Virus record (IMG/VR): IMGVR_UViG_3300031088_000645
From: an uncultured virus (IMG/VR IMGVR_UViG_3300031088_000645)
Lineage: Duplodnaviria > Heunggongvirae > Uroviricota > Caudoviricetes
Reading direction: 5' to 3' (one strand)
Length of the DNA stretch: 64,000 nucleotides
Part shown: one piece after another, positions 9,699 through 19,666 of the stretch
How the letters are laid out: every line of letters begins with the position of its first letter
Numbering within the stretch: the stretch's first letter is position 1
Position numbers and translations under genes: made by a program
Notes under the pieces: model-generated
Seen by the model: only the letters and a program-made list of their open reading frames with translations
Database searches by the model: none
Told to the model about the DNA's origin: nothing

Positions 9699-11045
9699 AA
9701 AATCGGAGCGTAACCCACGCCTTTATTCGTGGGTTGAATAACGACAAAATAGATCACAAGTAGATTTTATCACTCAGGATGATACAGTATAAATCATGAC
9801 CACCCAGACCGTGAAGCGGGCATTCAAGTACCGCTTTTATCCGACTGATGAGCAAGCTGCATTGCTTGCTCGGACGTTCGGATGTGCCCGGTTGGTCTAT
9901 AACAAAGCGCTCGATGCCAGAACCCAAGGTTGGACATTAGAGAACAAGCGCATTACCGGTTTCGATACCATGAAGATGCTTACCGAATGGAAGAAGACTG
10001 AGGAATTGGCGTTTCTCAGTGAGGTGAGTTCAGTAGCTCTTCAACAAAGCCTTCATCATCTTCAAGATGGATTCTCCAACTTCTTTGCTAAGAGGGCTAG
10101 GTACCCGAAATTTAAGTCACGACATGACAATAAGCAATCGGTGACATTCGTTGCCTCGGGTTTTAGATACGATGAGGCGGCTCAGTCCATAACTCTCGCT
10201 AAAATGAAGTTACCTCTTGACATCGCATGGTCACGAGATCTACCACTAGGCTCATCGCCTAGTTCAGTCACGGTTTCCCGAGATGCATCTAACCGGTGGC
10301 ATATTTCTATGCTGGTCGATGCTCCCGTTACCGCGCTACCAAAATCCGCCAAAGCGGTTGGAATTGATTTCGGAGTGACGACCCTCGCCGCCCTCTCGGA
10401 CGGCTCCATGTTCTCGAATCCGCGCAACGAAGCGAAGGATCGCAACAAGCTTTACCGCCTGCAAAAAGAGCTTGCTCGGAAGCAGAAGGGTTCAAGAAAC
10501 CGCGAGAAAGCGCGCGTGAAAGTCGCGCGCGTTCACGCACGAATCGCTGACCGAAGGCGAGACAATCTCCATAAAGTGACCACCAAAATCATCCGCGAAA
10601 ACCAAACGGTGATTCTGGAAGACCTGAATGTGCTGGGGATGCGCTCGAACGGTCGGAGCTTCAAAAAGGGACTCAACCGAGCTATTAGCGATGCTTCATT
10701 TGGTGAGTTCCGGAGCATGCTAGAGTACAAAGCTGGCTGGTTCGGTCGTGAGATGGTTGTCATTGACCGCTTCTACCCGTCCACAAAGATGTGCTCCAAC
10801 TGCGCCAACATCAAACCTATTGGTCTGGGAGACCGGGTTTATCACTGCGAGAAGTGCGGTCATAGCGAAAACCGCGACCTGAACGCAGCTAAGAACATCC
10901 GAGCCGCAGGACTTGCGGTCTTAGCCTATGGAGACGGCGTAAAACCTTCCCGCGTTAAAGCGCGGGTGGTAGCTGTTAGTGAAGTAGGAAGCCCTTCTGA
11001 GCAATCAGTGGGAATCTCACACCTTAAGCGTGGGAAAGATGTCAA
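9699..11045 (+). mobile_element. IS200/IS605-family (IS1341-type, tnpB-only) element; left boundary approximate
   Basis: similar subterminal hairpins at left (AACCCACG-cctttatt-CGTGGGTT, 9712-9735) and right (GAAT-CTCACACCTTAAGCGTGGGA, 11012-11035); right end ...GATGTCAA at 11045; no tnpA. Confidence 0.75.
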
Positions 11046-11079
11046 GGACTCATCCTCAAACCGATTGGATTTCCCGTGA
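9796..11079 (+). CDS. tnpB: TnpB RNA-guided endonuclease
   Basis: KRAFKYRFYPT HTH start, RuvC motifs GIDFG / ILEDL / NRDLNAA, Zn ribbon CSNC..CEKC. Confidence 0.95.
   Translation: MTTQTVKRAFKYRFYPTDEQAALLARTFGCARLVYNKALDARTQGWTLENKRITGFDTMKMLTEWKKTEELAFLSEVSSVALQQSLHHLQDGFSNFFAKRARYPKFKSRHDNKQSVTFVASGFRYDEAAQSITLAKMKLPLDIAWSRDLPLGSSPSSVTVSRDASNRWHISMLVDAPVTALPKSAKAVGIDFGVTTLAALSDGSMFSNPRNEAKDRNKLYRLQKELARKQKGSRNREKARVKVARVHARIADRRRDNLHKVTTKIIRENQTVILEDLNVLGMRSNGRSFKKGLNRAISDASFGEFRSMLEYKAGWFGREMVVIDRFYPSTKMCSNCANIKPIGLGDRVYHCEKCGHSENRDLNAAKNIRAAGLAVLAYGDGVKPSRVKARVVAVSEVGSPSEQSVGISHLKRGKDVKDSSSNRLDFP
10900..11065 (+). ncRNA. predicted omegaRNA/reRNA overlapping the tnpB 3' end, guide from right flank (GGACTCATCCTCAAACCGAT); 5' boundary approximate
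   Basis: established TnpB architecture applied to the right end seen at 11045. Confidence 0.55.
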
Positions 11080-11756
11080 AGCACTTCTTCCTCCCCATTG
11101 CCCAGATGTTCAACTTCTCTGGTCGCACCAACCGTAAGGGATACTTCCCCTACGCCATCACACAGACGCTGTTTGTCGCTCTCGCCACCTGCCTCGCAAT
11201 CGTCGTGTACGTGGTGCTTCCTGGTATCAACGTCGATGGGCTGCGCACTCTCGACTGGGCGCTGGACCCTGGTGACTTCTTCGTCATCATGTTCGTTGCC
11301 ATCACTCTCAGCCAGTTCCCGATGATTGCGCTGACCGTGCGTCGTCTTCGTGATGCGAACGCCCCGAAGCTCTCGCTTCTCTGGTTCTTCCTCCCCTACT
11401 TTGGTCCTGCCGTTCTGTTCGGTATGGCTTTCATGCCGACCTACGTGGACCGAATCGTTGCGTACGATGACAGTGTTGAGGTTTGGCACTCGCACATGCT
11501 CGCACAGCGTCGTAAGACTGGTCTTCTGATTGCTGGCGCTCTGGCTGCGTCTGGTCTGACTCAGATGCACGACTACGCTAACGCAGTGACAGTTGCCACT
11601 TACGGAGGCGGCAAGGTCAAGACGAATGCCAAGATGCGAGTACTGAACGGTAAGGGTGGCATCAACAAGAACAACACCATCTTCTCCGGCAACAAGGCTC
11701 ACACCCGCAAGGACGGAACCTTCGTCAAGCAGGGTCACAACAAGCGTACGTGGTAA
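11076..11756 (+). CDS. DUF805 (YhaH-like) membrane protein with basic C-terminal tail
   Basis: FNFSGRTNRKGY and ALTVRRLRD motifs, three TM segments. Confidence 0.85.
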   Translation: MKHFFLPIAQMFNFSGRTNRKGYFPYAITQTLFVALATCLAIVVYVVLPGINVDGLRTLDWALDPGDFFVIMFVAITLSQFPMIALTVRRLRDANAPKLSLLWFFLPYFGPAVLFGMAFMPTYVDRIVAYDDSVEVWHSHMLAQRRKTGLLIAGALAASGLTQMHDYANAVTVATYGGGKVKTNAKMRVLNGKGGINKNNTIFSGNKAHTRKDGTFVKQGHNKRTW

Positions 11757-11790
11757 CCAGTACGCTCAACCGATTATCAAGGAGAGACAA

Positions 11791-12096
11791 ATGAGCGACA
11801 AGCCCTTACTTCCTATGTACCTCAAGCCTGGTCAGGAGTGGAGTATCTCTGCGGCAAACAAGCCCATGCCTTATGACGTTATCAGCGGAAGTGACCTGTT
11901 CCACTTGAAGCTGGTTGAGAAGGTGGTGGTTCGTAAGCCGTTCATCACTCGCCTATTCAGCGCTGAGAAGACCAAGGTCGTCACCAAGGTGATTGCAAAG
12001 CGTCTGGTCGAGCGACGTGAACTGGGCGACCCGTACAAGTACGGTGTCATGATTCTGAAGTCGATAGGTCAGCCGGTGGTTGACCCGATTCCGTGA
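11791..12096 (+). CDS. hypothetical protein (start MSDKPL)
   Basis: AAGGAGAG RBS. Confidence 0.7.
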   Translation: MSDKPLLPMYLKPGQEWSISAANKPMPYDVISGSDLFHLKLVEKVVVRKPFITRLFSAEKTKVVTKVIAKRLVERRELGDPYKYGVMILKSIGQPVVDPIP

Positions 12097-12147
12097 GAGA
12101 TTCACTAGATAGATAGCCGGTCGTATTCAGATGCGACCGGCTATTTG

Positions 12148-13233
12148 CTATCCAAGAATTGTGTCAATGAAGCTGTGGAAGTCATCGTCGGATATTTCCA
12201 TACCGAACTTCTTTGATAGCTGGCTCTTGACTGGTTTACTGAGCTTGTCATCGGTCAAGATGTCAATGAGCCCAGATCTTGCTTTATCGAGTGGGACATC
12301 AAGTAGAGACTGCCTCTGGCTGACCTTGATTCGACCACTGGTGAGCGCCTTGGTCCAATCCGCCAACGAGATGATTGGGATATCCCACTTTTTCGCAGCC
12401 TGAACTTTGGTAGACATGCTGTATGGGTCTGCCGTGATAAGAACCTGTGTCGTGGATTTGCGTACCGATGTATGGGTGCCGAGACCTAGAGCCATCACTG
12501 TATGACTGAGCTTACCGAGCTTATCTTCCCACTCGGATGAATGATCTCCGGTGAAGACAACCTCGTCTCCCGCCTCCAAATTGATGATGGTGTCGTCGTC
12601 TATTTCAAGTAGGTCTGGGTTCTTTGGTCTCTTGGCTTCTAGCGATAGGTAGTTCTCTCGGGTAACTAGTTGAGCCGCACTGAGTGGTGCTTGTGAATAG
12701 AGGCTCCTGGTATTCCAAAGGCGCGCAGATGGGTGGCTGACACCGAGAGCTACGAGAAGGTTTGCTGTCGTTACAGCGTCATCTAGAGCCTTGTGAGCCT
12801 TGGTGTTCTTGGGAAGGTTCATCTGCGCCGTCATCTCTGAAAGATTGCCAGACAATCCCCTCGCTCGACCGACAGTCATGGTGCAGACGCATTGCTCGAT
12901 AGAGACGGGAATCCTCAGACCGAGGCGCTCATACTCTGATGCAAGGATGGCGATATCGTATTTGGCGTTGTGAGCCACGACAATTGAATTGTGGAAGAAG
13001 TCGCTGAGTTGTTGAGCTACGTCAGAAAAGCTCGGCGCTTGTGCAACATGTCGTTCGGTGATGCCGTGGATGAACGTGGCACCTACATTCCTGCCGGGGT
13101 TTACTAGCGTCTCAAAGCTGTTGATAATCTGCTGTCTGTCAGTGTCTACAAGCACGACACCTATCTCAACAATGCGGTCGGTACCGGTATTGAGACCTGT
13201 TGCCTCGAAATCTACGACGGCGTATTGGGGCAT
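12148..13233 (-). CDS. DEDDh 3'-5' exonuclease (DnaQ-like) with C-terminal BRCT-like domain
   Basis: VVDFEATG, VAHNAKYD, HKALDDA; VVFTG...STKVQAAKKWDIPII. Confidence 0.9.
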   Translation of the reverse strand: MPQYAVVDFEATGLNTGTDRIVEIGVVLVDTDRQQIINSFETLVNPGRNVGATFIHGITERHVAQAPSFSDVAQQLSDFFHNSIVVAHNAKYDIAILASEYERLGLRIPVSIEQCVCTMTVGRARGLSGNLSEMTAQMNLPKNTKAHKALDDAVTTANLLVALGVSHPSARLWNTRSLYSQAPLSAAQLVTRENYLSLEAKRPKNPDLLEIDDDTIINLEAGDEVVFTGDHSSEWEDKLGKLSHTVMALGLGTHTSVRKSTTQVLITADPYSMSTKVQAAKKWDIPIISLADWTKALTSGRIKVSQRQSLLDVPLDKARSGLIDILTDDKLSKPVKSQLSKKFGMEISDDDFHSFIDTILG

Positions 13234-13341
13234 GTTGAGCGCTCTCTGCTGGGTGTGATTTTAGTGTAACGGGAGAGCTTGTGCATTGTGGTTGTTTTAG
13301 GATATGATGCGACTATCAATCAAGAAAGAGAGGTCATTGTT

Positions 13342-13815
13342 ATGACCAGCATCAAGAAGACGCTCCGCGCCGATGCAATCACGTACCTCAAGTCTGGTGA
13401 CGAGCTTCGTCTAATGACCGTTCGTAACCTTCTCGGTGCTATCGAGAAGGCTGAGAAGAATGGACTGAGCGCCCCCATCGAGATCAATGAGGCTAAGTTC
13501 CTGTCTATCCTCAAGAGCGAGTCGGAGAGCCGCCGTACTGCTGCAAAGGCTTTCGCAAAGGGTGGTCGTACCGAGCGTGCCGACCGCGAGACCGCCGAGG
13601 CTGACTTCATCGACACCTACCGTCCGGTTGACCTTTCGCTGGCTGAGGTTGAGGCTATCGTGGACCGTGCGTTCGGGGAGTTCAAGACTGCCAACCCGGA
13701 CACCGTTCTCTCGATGAAGAGCATGGGTTCCATCATGAAGATCGCCAACGGCGAGATCAAGGGTCGCTTCGACGGCAAGACCGTCAGCGATTTGGTCAAG
13801 AGTAGACTGGTGTAA
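13342..13815 (+). CDS. GatB/YqeY domain protein
   Basis: YqeY pattern: LKSGD..RL..VR, RR.AA..F.KGGR.E.A..E..E, MGSIMK, GRFDGK.VS..VK..L. Confidence 0.9.
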   Translation: MTSIKKTLRADAITYLKSGDELRLMTVRNLLGAIEKAEKNGLSAPIEINEAKFLSILKSESESRRTAAKAFAKGGRTERADRETAEADFIDTYRPVDLSLAEVEAIVDRAFGEFKTANPDTVLSMKSMGSIMKIANGEIKGRFDGKTVSDLVKSRLV

Positions 13816-13830
13816 TTACCAGATGGATCA

Positions 13831-13865
13831 AGAAAGCCCCGACCACTAATCGGTCGGGGCTTTCT
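13831..13865. terminator. bidirectional intrinsic terminator
   Basis: AGAAAGCCCCGACC-actaatc-GGTCGGGGCTTTCT. Confidence 0.85.
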
Positions 13866-13890
13866 CCGTTCTCGCTCTCACCAAGCGGTC

Positions 13891-14154
13891 TTATGCGGCT
13901 ACCGTGTACTCCACAGTAGCCTTCTGGGTCTTCGTCTCCTTGGTGCCATGTCCGCACTCGGTGACGATAACACGTCGGTCAACTACTGTAGCTACCACGT
14001 CACCGCTCATCTCGTAGCCCTTGAAGTGGTCCTGCGCGAGCTTACGACCTCGCTCTACCAGCTTCTCGATGATGCGCTGCTCGTAGATGGGTGAGTTCAG
14101 CGGTTCGGAAAGTTCGAGGGTATACGTGTCAATGCCATGATTCAGGTTGTCCAT
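13891..14154 (-). CDS. hypothetical protein (start MDNLNHG)
   Basis: TATCGT-N6-ATG leaderless pattern. Confidence 0.6.
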   Translation of the reverse strand: MDNLNHGIDTYTLELSEPLNSPIYEQRIIEKLVERGRKLAQDHFKGYEMSGDVVATVVDRRVIVTECGHGTKETKTQKATVEYTVAA

Positions 14155-14284
14155 GCGGTAACGATAGCAACCCAGAGCCATTTTGTCGCCCGATTGCGGA
14201 ACATCTTGTACCCCTATCATCGATTACTCAGTTGTTGTCTAGTGCTGATTGTGCGATGACACTGAACTGTGTTAGATTGTGTTC

Positions 14285-14749
14285 ATGACTGATGACCAGA
14301 CCATTGCCTACGCCTACGCCGTTGAGGTTGTTGTGCTCGACAAGGAACTCACTGCTGAGCAGTTCGAGGAGACCTTCGATGCAACTCTCGGTCGTCACGT
14401 CGAAGCGCGCTATCCCGAACTCATCCCGACGCACATCTTGGAGATGCTGAAAGAAGTCGATGCCGAGTTCAAGCCCAAGAAGGGTATCGTCACCAAGGCT
14501 GGCAACAAGGTGTCGGGTGGATACATCGTCACCCACACGGACACCGTGGAGAACATCGTCGAGAGTGTCCGTGAGGACATCGCTGCCTCCGGTTTCACAA
14601 ACGACCTCTCGCTCATCCACATCTACACTGTGAAGGATGCCAACCCCACGCACAACTTCGTGATGCAGCGTGGAGAGGATGGCTTCACTGAGGTCAGCAC
14701 CGAGAAGAGCAACAAGCTCTACTCGAAGTACCACGGTTACACGTCCTGA
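14285..14749 (+). CDS. hypothetical protein
   Basis: TAGATT-N6-ATG; strong codon bias. Confidence 0.75.
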   Translation: MTDDQTIAYAYAVEVVVLDKELTAEQFEETFDATLGRHVEARYPELIPTHILEMLKEVDAEFKPKKGIVTKAGNKVSGGYIVTHTDTVENIVESVREDIAASGFTNDLSLIHIYTVKDANPTHNFVMQRGEDGFTEVSTEKSNKLYSKYHGYTS

Positions 14750-14845
14750 TAACGACCCTCTTGACTGCCTCTTTGTACCCTTGCAATGTGGGTAGTTCGC
14801 GATAGAATCATGTCGAGGCAATGGAGCCTCACGAAAGGAAACATC

Positions 14846-15064
14846 ATGTCGATTCTCGACCTCGCCCCTGCTGTCATCACCAAGGAAGTAACGGTGGGTG
14901 ACCTCTACGTTGGTTCGGTGATCTTCCATGAAGGTCGTTGGGTCAAGGTGACGAACATCTACTGGTCCGAGCGCTTCGCTGCTGACTCACGCGACATCTT
15001 CACTGCGCGCGGTGTCTATGGCACTCACCGTGTTGATGAGAAGATCCTCATTCAGACGGTATAA
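14846..15064 (+). CDS. small beta-rich hypothetical protein
   Basis: GAAAGGAA RBS; terminator follows. Confidence 0.75.
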   Translation: MSILDLAPAVITKEVTVGDLYVGSVIFHEGRWVKVTNIYWSERFAADSRDIFTARGVYGTHRVDEKILIQTV

Positions 15065-15130
15065 TCGAACACAACAAAGCCCCTACTGACAATGAAGACG
15101 GTAGGGGCTTTGTCGTGCGCTCAGAGCGAC

Positions 15131-15688
15131 TTACTTCTGGTAGTAGGACTTCCTGTATCCGCTGACGTGGAAGCCGTAGAGCGGGTCTCTGAGGGCTAGT
15201 GATTCACCAGCCTGAACGTCGATGAGAACGGGAGCTACCCTCTCTTCTGAGTGGATGTTGTTCTCGAATGCTTCGAGGATCGAGTTGAGGTTCAAGTCGG
15301 CATCGTTGACATCGAGCCAGAACACTCCAAATGAGCGTACATCCACGTCTTCAATGTGGTCTCCTTCTCGCCCGAAGGCAGGAACCCAGTTGGTTCCGTC
15401 ATAGAGGTATGGTCTGTCTGATGAGATACCTAGGCTTCCGGCATACGGTTCTACTGTGTCTTCATCCGTGGTAGTGAAGTAGGCGAGAGCATCCTGCGCG
15501 ATGGTGTCTGTGTCATATGCCGTGCCATCACGATCAACCCACACGTTGTTCTCCTTGTCACGCCAGTAGGTTCTTCCGCCGAACTCTTCTCCTGATTCGG
15601 AGACGATGAAGATGAAGTCTGAACTGACTCGGGTGCTTGCGAAGAACGTTTCAATTTTTGCTGCGATGTTGGTGCTGGTGAGTGACAT
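15131..15688 (-). CDS. hypothetical acidic protein
   Basis: ORF, AGAGG RBS. Confidence 0.75.
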   Translation of the reverse strand: MSLTSTNIAAKIETFFASTRVSSDFIFIVSESGEEFGGRTYWRDKENNVWVDRDGTAYDTDTIAQDALAYFTTTDEDTVEPYAGSLGISSDRPYLYDGTNWVPAFGREGDHIEDVDVRSFGVFWLDVNDADLNLNSILEAFENNIHSEERVAPVLIDVQAGESLALRDPLYGFHVSGYRKSYYQK

Positions 15689-15848
15689 GCCCTGCCTCTT
15701 TCTGTATGTATTCAGGAGGTTTCCTGTGACAACAAGGCTATCGGCATACCTACTGGATTCTTTCAGCTTTCAAGGGTTCCCACGGAATGCTAAGGTTGAC
15801 GCTTGTTCACTGTCACTGATAGGCTATAACCATCCCTAAGGAGTCATG

Positions 15849-16162
15849 ATGGCATCGCAAGACCACTCAGAAGATCTGGTGCTACACACCACTACTGCTG
15901 GTGCCCGCGACATCCTTGATCAGATTCAGTCGAGTCCCGTCCTCCACATTAGTGAGAGCTTCCGCGTCGGTGGTCAGGTCACGTCATACGCCGATATCCC
16001 GTCAGAGGGGCGAATGGTGATCTTCTTCGGTCCCATCAGGTTGACGGTCCACTACTCGACGAACGATCCTTCTTGACAGCGTTCTCGGTGGACTACCAGA
16101 ACGGTGTCGGTAACATCTTCTTCGACCGACTGCTCATCGTCGTCAGCTTCGGACAGCAGTAA
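15849..16162 (+). pseudogene. possibly frameshifted gene with two internal repeats
   Basis: ORF stops at 16076 but the -1 frame continues (LTAFSVDYQNGVGNIFFDRLLIVVSF) with similarity to VTSYADIPSEGRMVIFFGPIRLTVHY. Confidence 0.4.
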
Positions 16163-16270
16163 TCCCACCTCATCGTTAGTTCTAACCCCAATGCTTTGTA
16201 CCCCGCATTGGGGCTAGTGCTATATGTGGGTAATGAATAGCGCACCAAGTGAGTCCTCTATCATGAGGAC

Positions 16271-17143
16271 ATGCTAACCCCAGCCTACTTGCGCGATGAT
16301 AGTGCCGAGAACTCTATCATGCAGACCATTACCATTGCGGTTTCGGCTATCCTGATTGCTGCTGGTCTTGTGACTGCGCCTGGGCTTATCAACAATGCAC
16401 GCGATAACAACGCTCGTGGTGATCTTGCGAATATCGCCTATACAGAAGAGTTCTTGCTCTCTGATACCGGTAAGTACACCGCCAGCTTGACTGACATCAC
16501 GAAGTCGGAAAAGATTCGCACCACGCTCTCTTTGGGTAAGAACAGGCTCGGTCTATTCACCGGTTCTGATTGCTATGCCGTCTTCGGTATGAGCAAGTCA
16601 GGAAAGATGTTCTACAGGACTTCGGCATCTGCTGAGACGTTCAATATCTCCACTAGCAATTGGTCTACCACGAAGCCCACTGGATATCCCGTCAACTGCG
16701 AGTTCCCGACTAGCCCTAGCTTTGCGCTCAATGCCACTCCCAACCTGGCGGCAACTGGTTCGACTGTTGCACTGGGTAATGCGGCTATCACCCGCAACAT
16801 TGCCATCAACGGACAGACATGGACGCGGGTTGTTCCGGGCACCACCGGTCATGGTGTGCGCGGTCTCGTACCCCTCGATAAGCTCAAGGATGGTCAGTCT
16901 TATGATGGTTCGTTCATCGTATACAACGACGGAACCACCCCTGTAGATATCATCCTTGACTGGTCTGATAGGGAAATCCAGAACTACAGCATTGCACCCG
17001 GCGAGACTAAGTTCGTCAATGTCACTGGCTCCCGAGACACGTATAGCTCCACGTACCGATTCGTAGATATCGCGGTTGTCACCATGAATTCGACCGGTCT
17101 TCTCTTCAAGGACTTCACAGTCAAGGAAGCAATCGAAAACTAA
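16271..17143 (+). CDS. type IV pilin-like protein with C-terminal beta-sandwich (carbohydrate-binding-like) domain
   Basis: short acidic leader, hydrophobic helix, then ARDNNARGDLANIA..E.....GKY pilin-like alpha1-C pattern. Confidence 0.6.
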   Translation: MLTPAYLRDDSAENSIMQTITIAVSAILIAAGLVTAPGLINNARDNNARGDLANIAYTEEFLLSDTGKYTASLTDITKSEKIRTTLSLGKNRLGLFTGSDCYAVFGMSKSGKMFYRTSASAETFNISTSNWSTTKPTGYPVNCEFPTSPSFALNATPNLAATGSTVALGNAAITRNIAINGQTWTRVVPGTTGHGVRGLVPLDKLKDGQSYDGSFIVYNDGTTPVDIILDWSDREIQNYSIAPGETKFVNVTGSRDTYSSTYRFVDIAVVTMNSTGLLFKDFTVKEAIEN

Positions 17144-17216
17144 TACTTGCGTGTTTGTTTGAGATGTGGTTAGATAGAAGTAACCGAGAAACCAACTCAA
17201 ACAAAAGGAAACAAAA

Positions 17217-17540
17217 ATGGACACCTCCGTCATGGCTCCGACCACCGCCCGCATCATCACCATCCTCACCGGTCACATCTCCAGCATCGACCAGAGCATC
17301 ACCCACAGCATCACCGAAAGCCCCGATGGGCTTCCCTTCATCAAGACCGCTTCGCAGTACGACGCGCAGGGCACCGTCAACGTCAAGACGACCTTCACGG
17401 CGGAGAGCATGACGGTCGCAATCGGTTTCGATCACGCCAGCCCCGCCCGTGATGCTTCTGAGGTGACTCAGCGTTACATCTTCGACCGCCTCTTTGCCGA
17501 GAACACCCGGCAGATCGCTGAGGCTCTCGGCTTCGCCTGA
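17217..17540 (+). CDS. hypothetical protein, paralog 1
   Basis: AAAGGAAA RBS; clear homolog of 17688-18011. Confidence 0.85.
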   Translation: MDTSVMAPTTARIITILTGHISSIDQSITHSITESPDGLPFIKTASQYDAQGTVNVKTTFTAESMTVAIGFDHASPARDASEVTQRYIFDRLFAENTRQIAEALGFA

Positions 17541-17687
17541 TCCGAACTAGAACGAAACACCCCTGTCGCTATAGGCAGGGGTGTTTCGTCGTTTCAAAGA
17601 GATAATCGACGACTGATGCTTGCGCGTTTGTTTGGGATGTGGTTAGATGTAAGTAACCAAGAAACCAACCTAGACAAAGGAATGCAC

Positions 17688-18011
17688 ATGGACACCTCCA
17701 TTATGGCTCCGAACACCGCCCTGGCCGTCGCTTCCCTCACCAGCCAGCTCGCTGTCATCGAGAAGCAGATCGTCTCGACGCTCACCGACCGCCCCGAAGG
17801 TCTTCCTTTCATCAAGATGACCTCGCAGTACGACGCGCAGGGTGTCATCACTGCCAAGGCAACCCTCACTTCGGAGGGCATCACGGTGGACATCGCCTTC
17901 GTCCACGAGAACGTCATTCATGACGCTTCCGAGATCGCTCAGCGATTCATCTTCGAGAGCATCTTCGCTATGCACGTTCAGCGATTCGCTCAGAGCACCG
18001 GTCTCGCCTGA
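17688..18011 (+). CDS. hypothetical protein, paralog 2
   Basis: MDTS.MAP, GLPFIK..SQYDAQG and DASE..QR.IF shared with 17217-17540. Confidence 0.85.
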   Translation: MDTSIMAPNTALAVASLTSQLAVIEKQIVSTLTDRPEGLPFIKMTSQYDAQGVITAKATLTSEGITVDIAFVHENVIHDASEIAQRFIFESIFAMHVQRFAQSTGLA

Positions 18012-18261
18012 TCCAAGCTCGAACGAAACGCCTCTGCCTACCATGACAGGGGTGTTTCGTCGTTTGGGTAGCGCTAGTAATACCACCCCGAAGACACCCA
18101 TTGGATAGCTAACAAGATGCTGCGCGCAGGATATGTAAATCCTGAATGTTTGTTGGGTTTTTACCCAATCATGTCGAATCGAATGAGTGCCTTAGATACA
18201 GGTCTAGAATCGTTAAGCACATGGTCGGTAACACGACAAGCAGGAAAGAAGGTATCCCACC

Positions 18262-18873
18262 ATGAGCACAGCATTAGATGAACCAGTCCTAGACGACTAC
18301 TTCGACGTAGATGAATCGGACTTCACCTCGACAGCGGTAGATGGCGGTGAGACAAAAATCACGCTAGAACCTCTCTTCCAAACAGCGCTCGCTTCTGCGG
18401 GAATTGAGGTGGAAGTCACGGGGTCTGGATTGTCAGGGCAAGAGGATTACTCCTACCGGCTTCCCGTCACAGGAGGCGAGATTATCGATGAGCAATACGC
18501 TGCACTTTCAGGAGAACTGGAGCACTACGGCTCTGGTCTGTCCTTCCGCAAAGACGACATCACGGTGGACTTCAGCGACTTCATCCTCAATACGGCTACA
18601 GGGCAAGTATCTGGTGAGGTGATGGTACGAGGCATGGACACCCCAGACGCGCCCTACGACTCAGAGCCAGCCGTATTCTCGCTAGACGACTCATTCAGCG
18701 TAGGAGCTACTTCAGAGGCGGAGATGCAGTCTGACAACCTCGTGCTCGATGGAGTGCGGTTATGTCTCACGGATGAGGCGGCGGGTATTCTCAACCTTGC
18801 CTTCAAGTCCGCAGAGTTGAGCGCCGAAATGCTATGCGGCACGGCATCAGTCAGGGTCGATGTGGTGACCTGA
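18262..18873 (+). CDS. acidic protein, possible HtaA-like beta-barrel domain
   Basis: LPVTGG, GELEH.GSGLSF, LT.EAA..LN.AF pattern; no signal peptide. Confidence 0.45.
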   Translation: MSTALDEPVLDDYFDVDESDFTSTAVDGGETKITLEPLFQTALASAGIEVEVTGSGLSGQEDYSYRLPVTGGEIIDEQYAALSGELEHYGSGLSFRKDDITVDFSDFILNTATGQVSGEVMVRGMDTPDAPYDSEPAVFSLDDSFSVGATSEAEMQSDNLVLDGVRLCLTDEAAGILNLAFKSAELSAEMLCGTASVRVDVVT

Positions 18874-18941
18874 AAGTACGCGCTCTCACAAAGAAACGGT
18901 GGGTGTCATCTTTTGCTGATGACACCCACCGTTTTGTCTTC

Positions 18942-19643
18942 TTAGTCGCCCTTGGTGATCGTGTCAATCAGTGGCTCGCTACGCTGGATAGCGATAGGGA
19001 TGGTTGCCGGAGATGAGATCCTTCGAGGGTGCGGCATGACCGTATGGAGGTTGAATGCATAGCGCTCAGTGGACGGCGAGATGTCGTAGATGAGTTGCGT
19101 GTTCAACTGCGCTGTCTCCAAATAAACCGGCTCATGTGATGCCGTGCGGGGTAGCTTCAATATGCGTGACGCGCTTGCATCATCCAATTCACCAATCTGC
19201 ACCTCGTAGATGTCAGTCGGTCTCGGGAATGTTCTCGACACGAAGATGAGGTCTTCATAGAAGATCTTGATGGCTGCTGAAGTGAGTTCGGTAGCCATCT
19301 CTCGCATGAATACTTCTCCGCCCTTCTGGTCGGGGTCAGCAAACAGAATGCTCGACATCAGACCCTTGATGAAGTTGATGGCATCTCCCACAGTCTTCAT
19401 CTGGAATCCTGGTGTGCCATCACTGCTCGTGAAGAACTGCGGTACGTCAAGGACAGCCAGCGGAAGAACGCGCTCGGCATCATAGGCGGACGCGGCGGTG
19501 AGTTCAGACGGGTCGCCGTATCCTACGAGTCGTCGTCCGTGGAAGGCTTCGAGCTTGATGCCGGGGTGCCACGAAGAGAGCAGGGTTCTGTGGTACTCGA
19601 ACGCCATGTCTTCTCTACGTACTTCGAATGTTCCTTCATTCAT
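18942..19643 (-). CDS. hypothetical protein
   Basis: ORF, GAAGGGA RBS. Confidence 0.75.
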   Translation of the reverse strand: MNEGTFEVRREDMAFEYHRTLLSSWHPGIKLEAFHGRRLVGYGDPSELTAASAYDAERVLPLAVLDVPQFFTSSDGTPGFQMKTVGDAINFIKGLMSSILFADPDQKGGEVFMREMATELTSAAIKIFYEDLIFVSRTFPRPTDIYEVQIGELDDASASRILKLPRTASHEPVYLETAQLNTQLIYDISPSTERYAFNLHTVMPHPRRISSPATIPIAIQRSEPLIDTITKGD

Positions 19644-19666
19644 GATGTATCCCTTCTGTTGCGCAA

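Larger units (their letters stand above)
17146..18065 (+). repeat. diverged tandem duplication of a whole transcription unit (17146-17594 and 17619-18065)
   Basis: promoter/leader, ORF and terminator (..CAGGGGTGTTTCGTCGTTT) all present twice. Confidence 0.85.
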
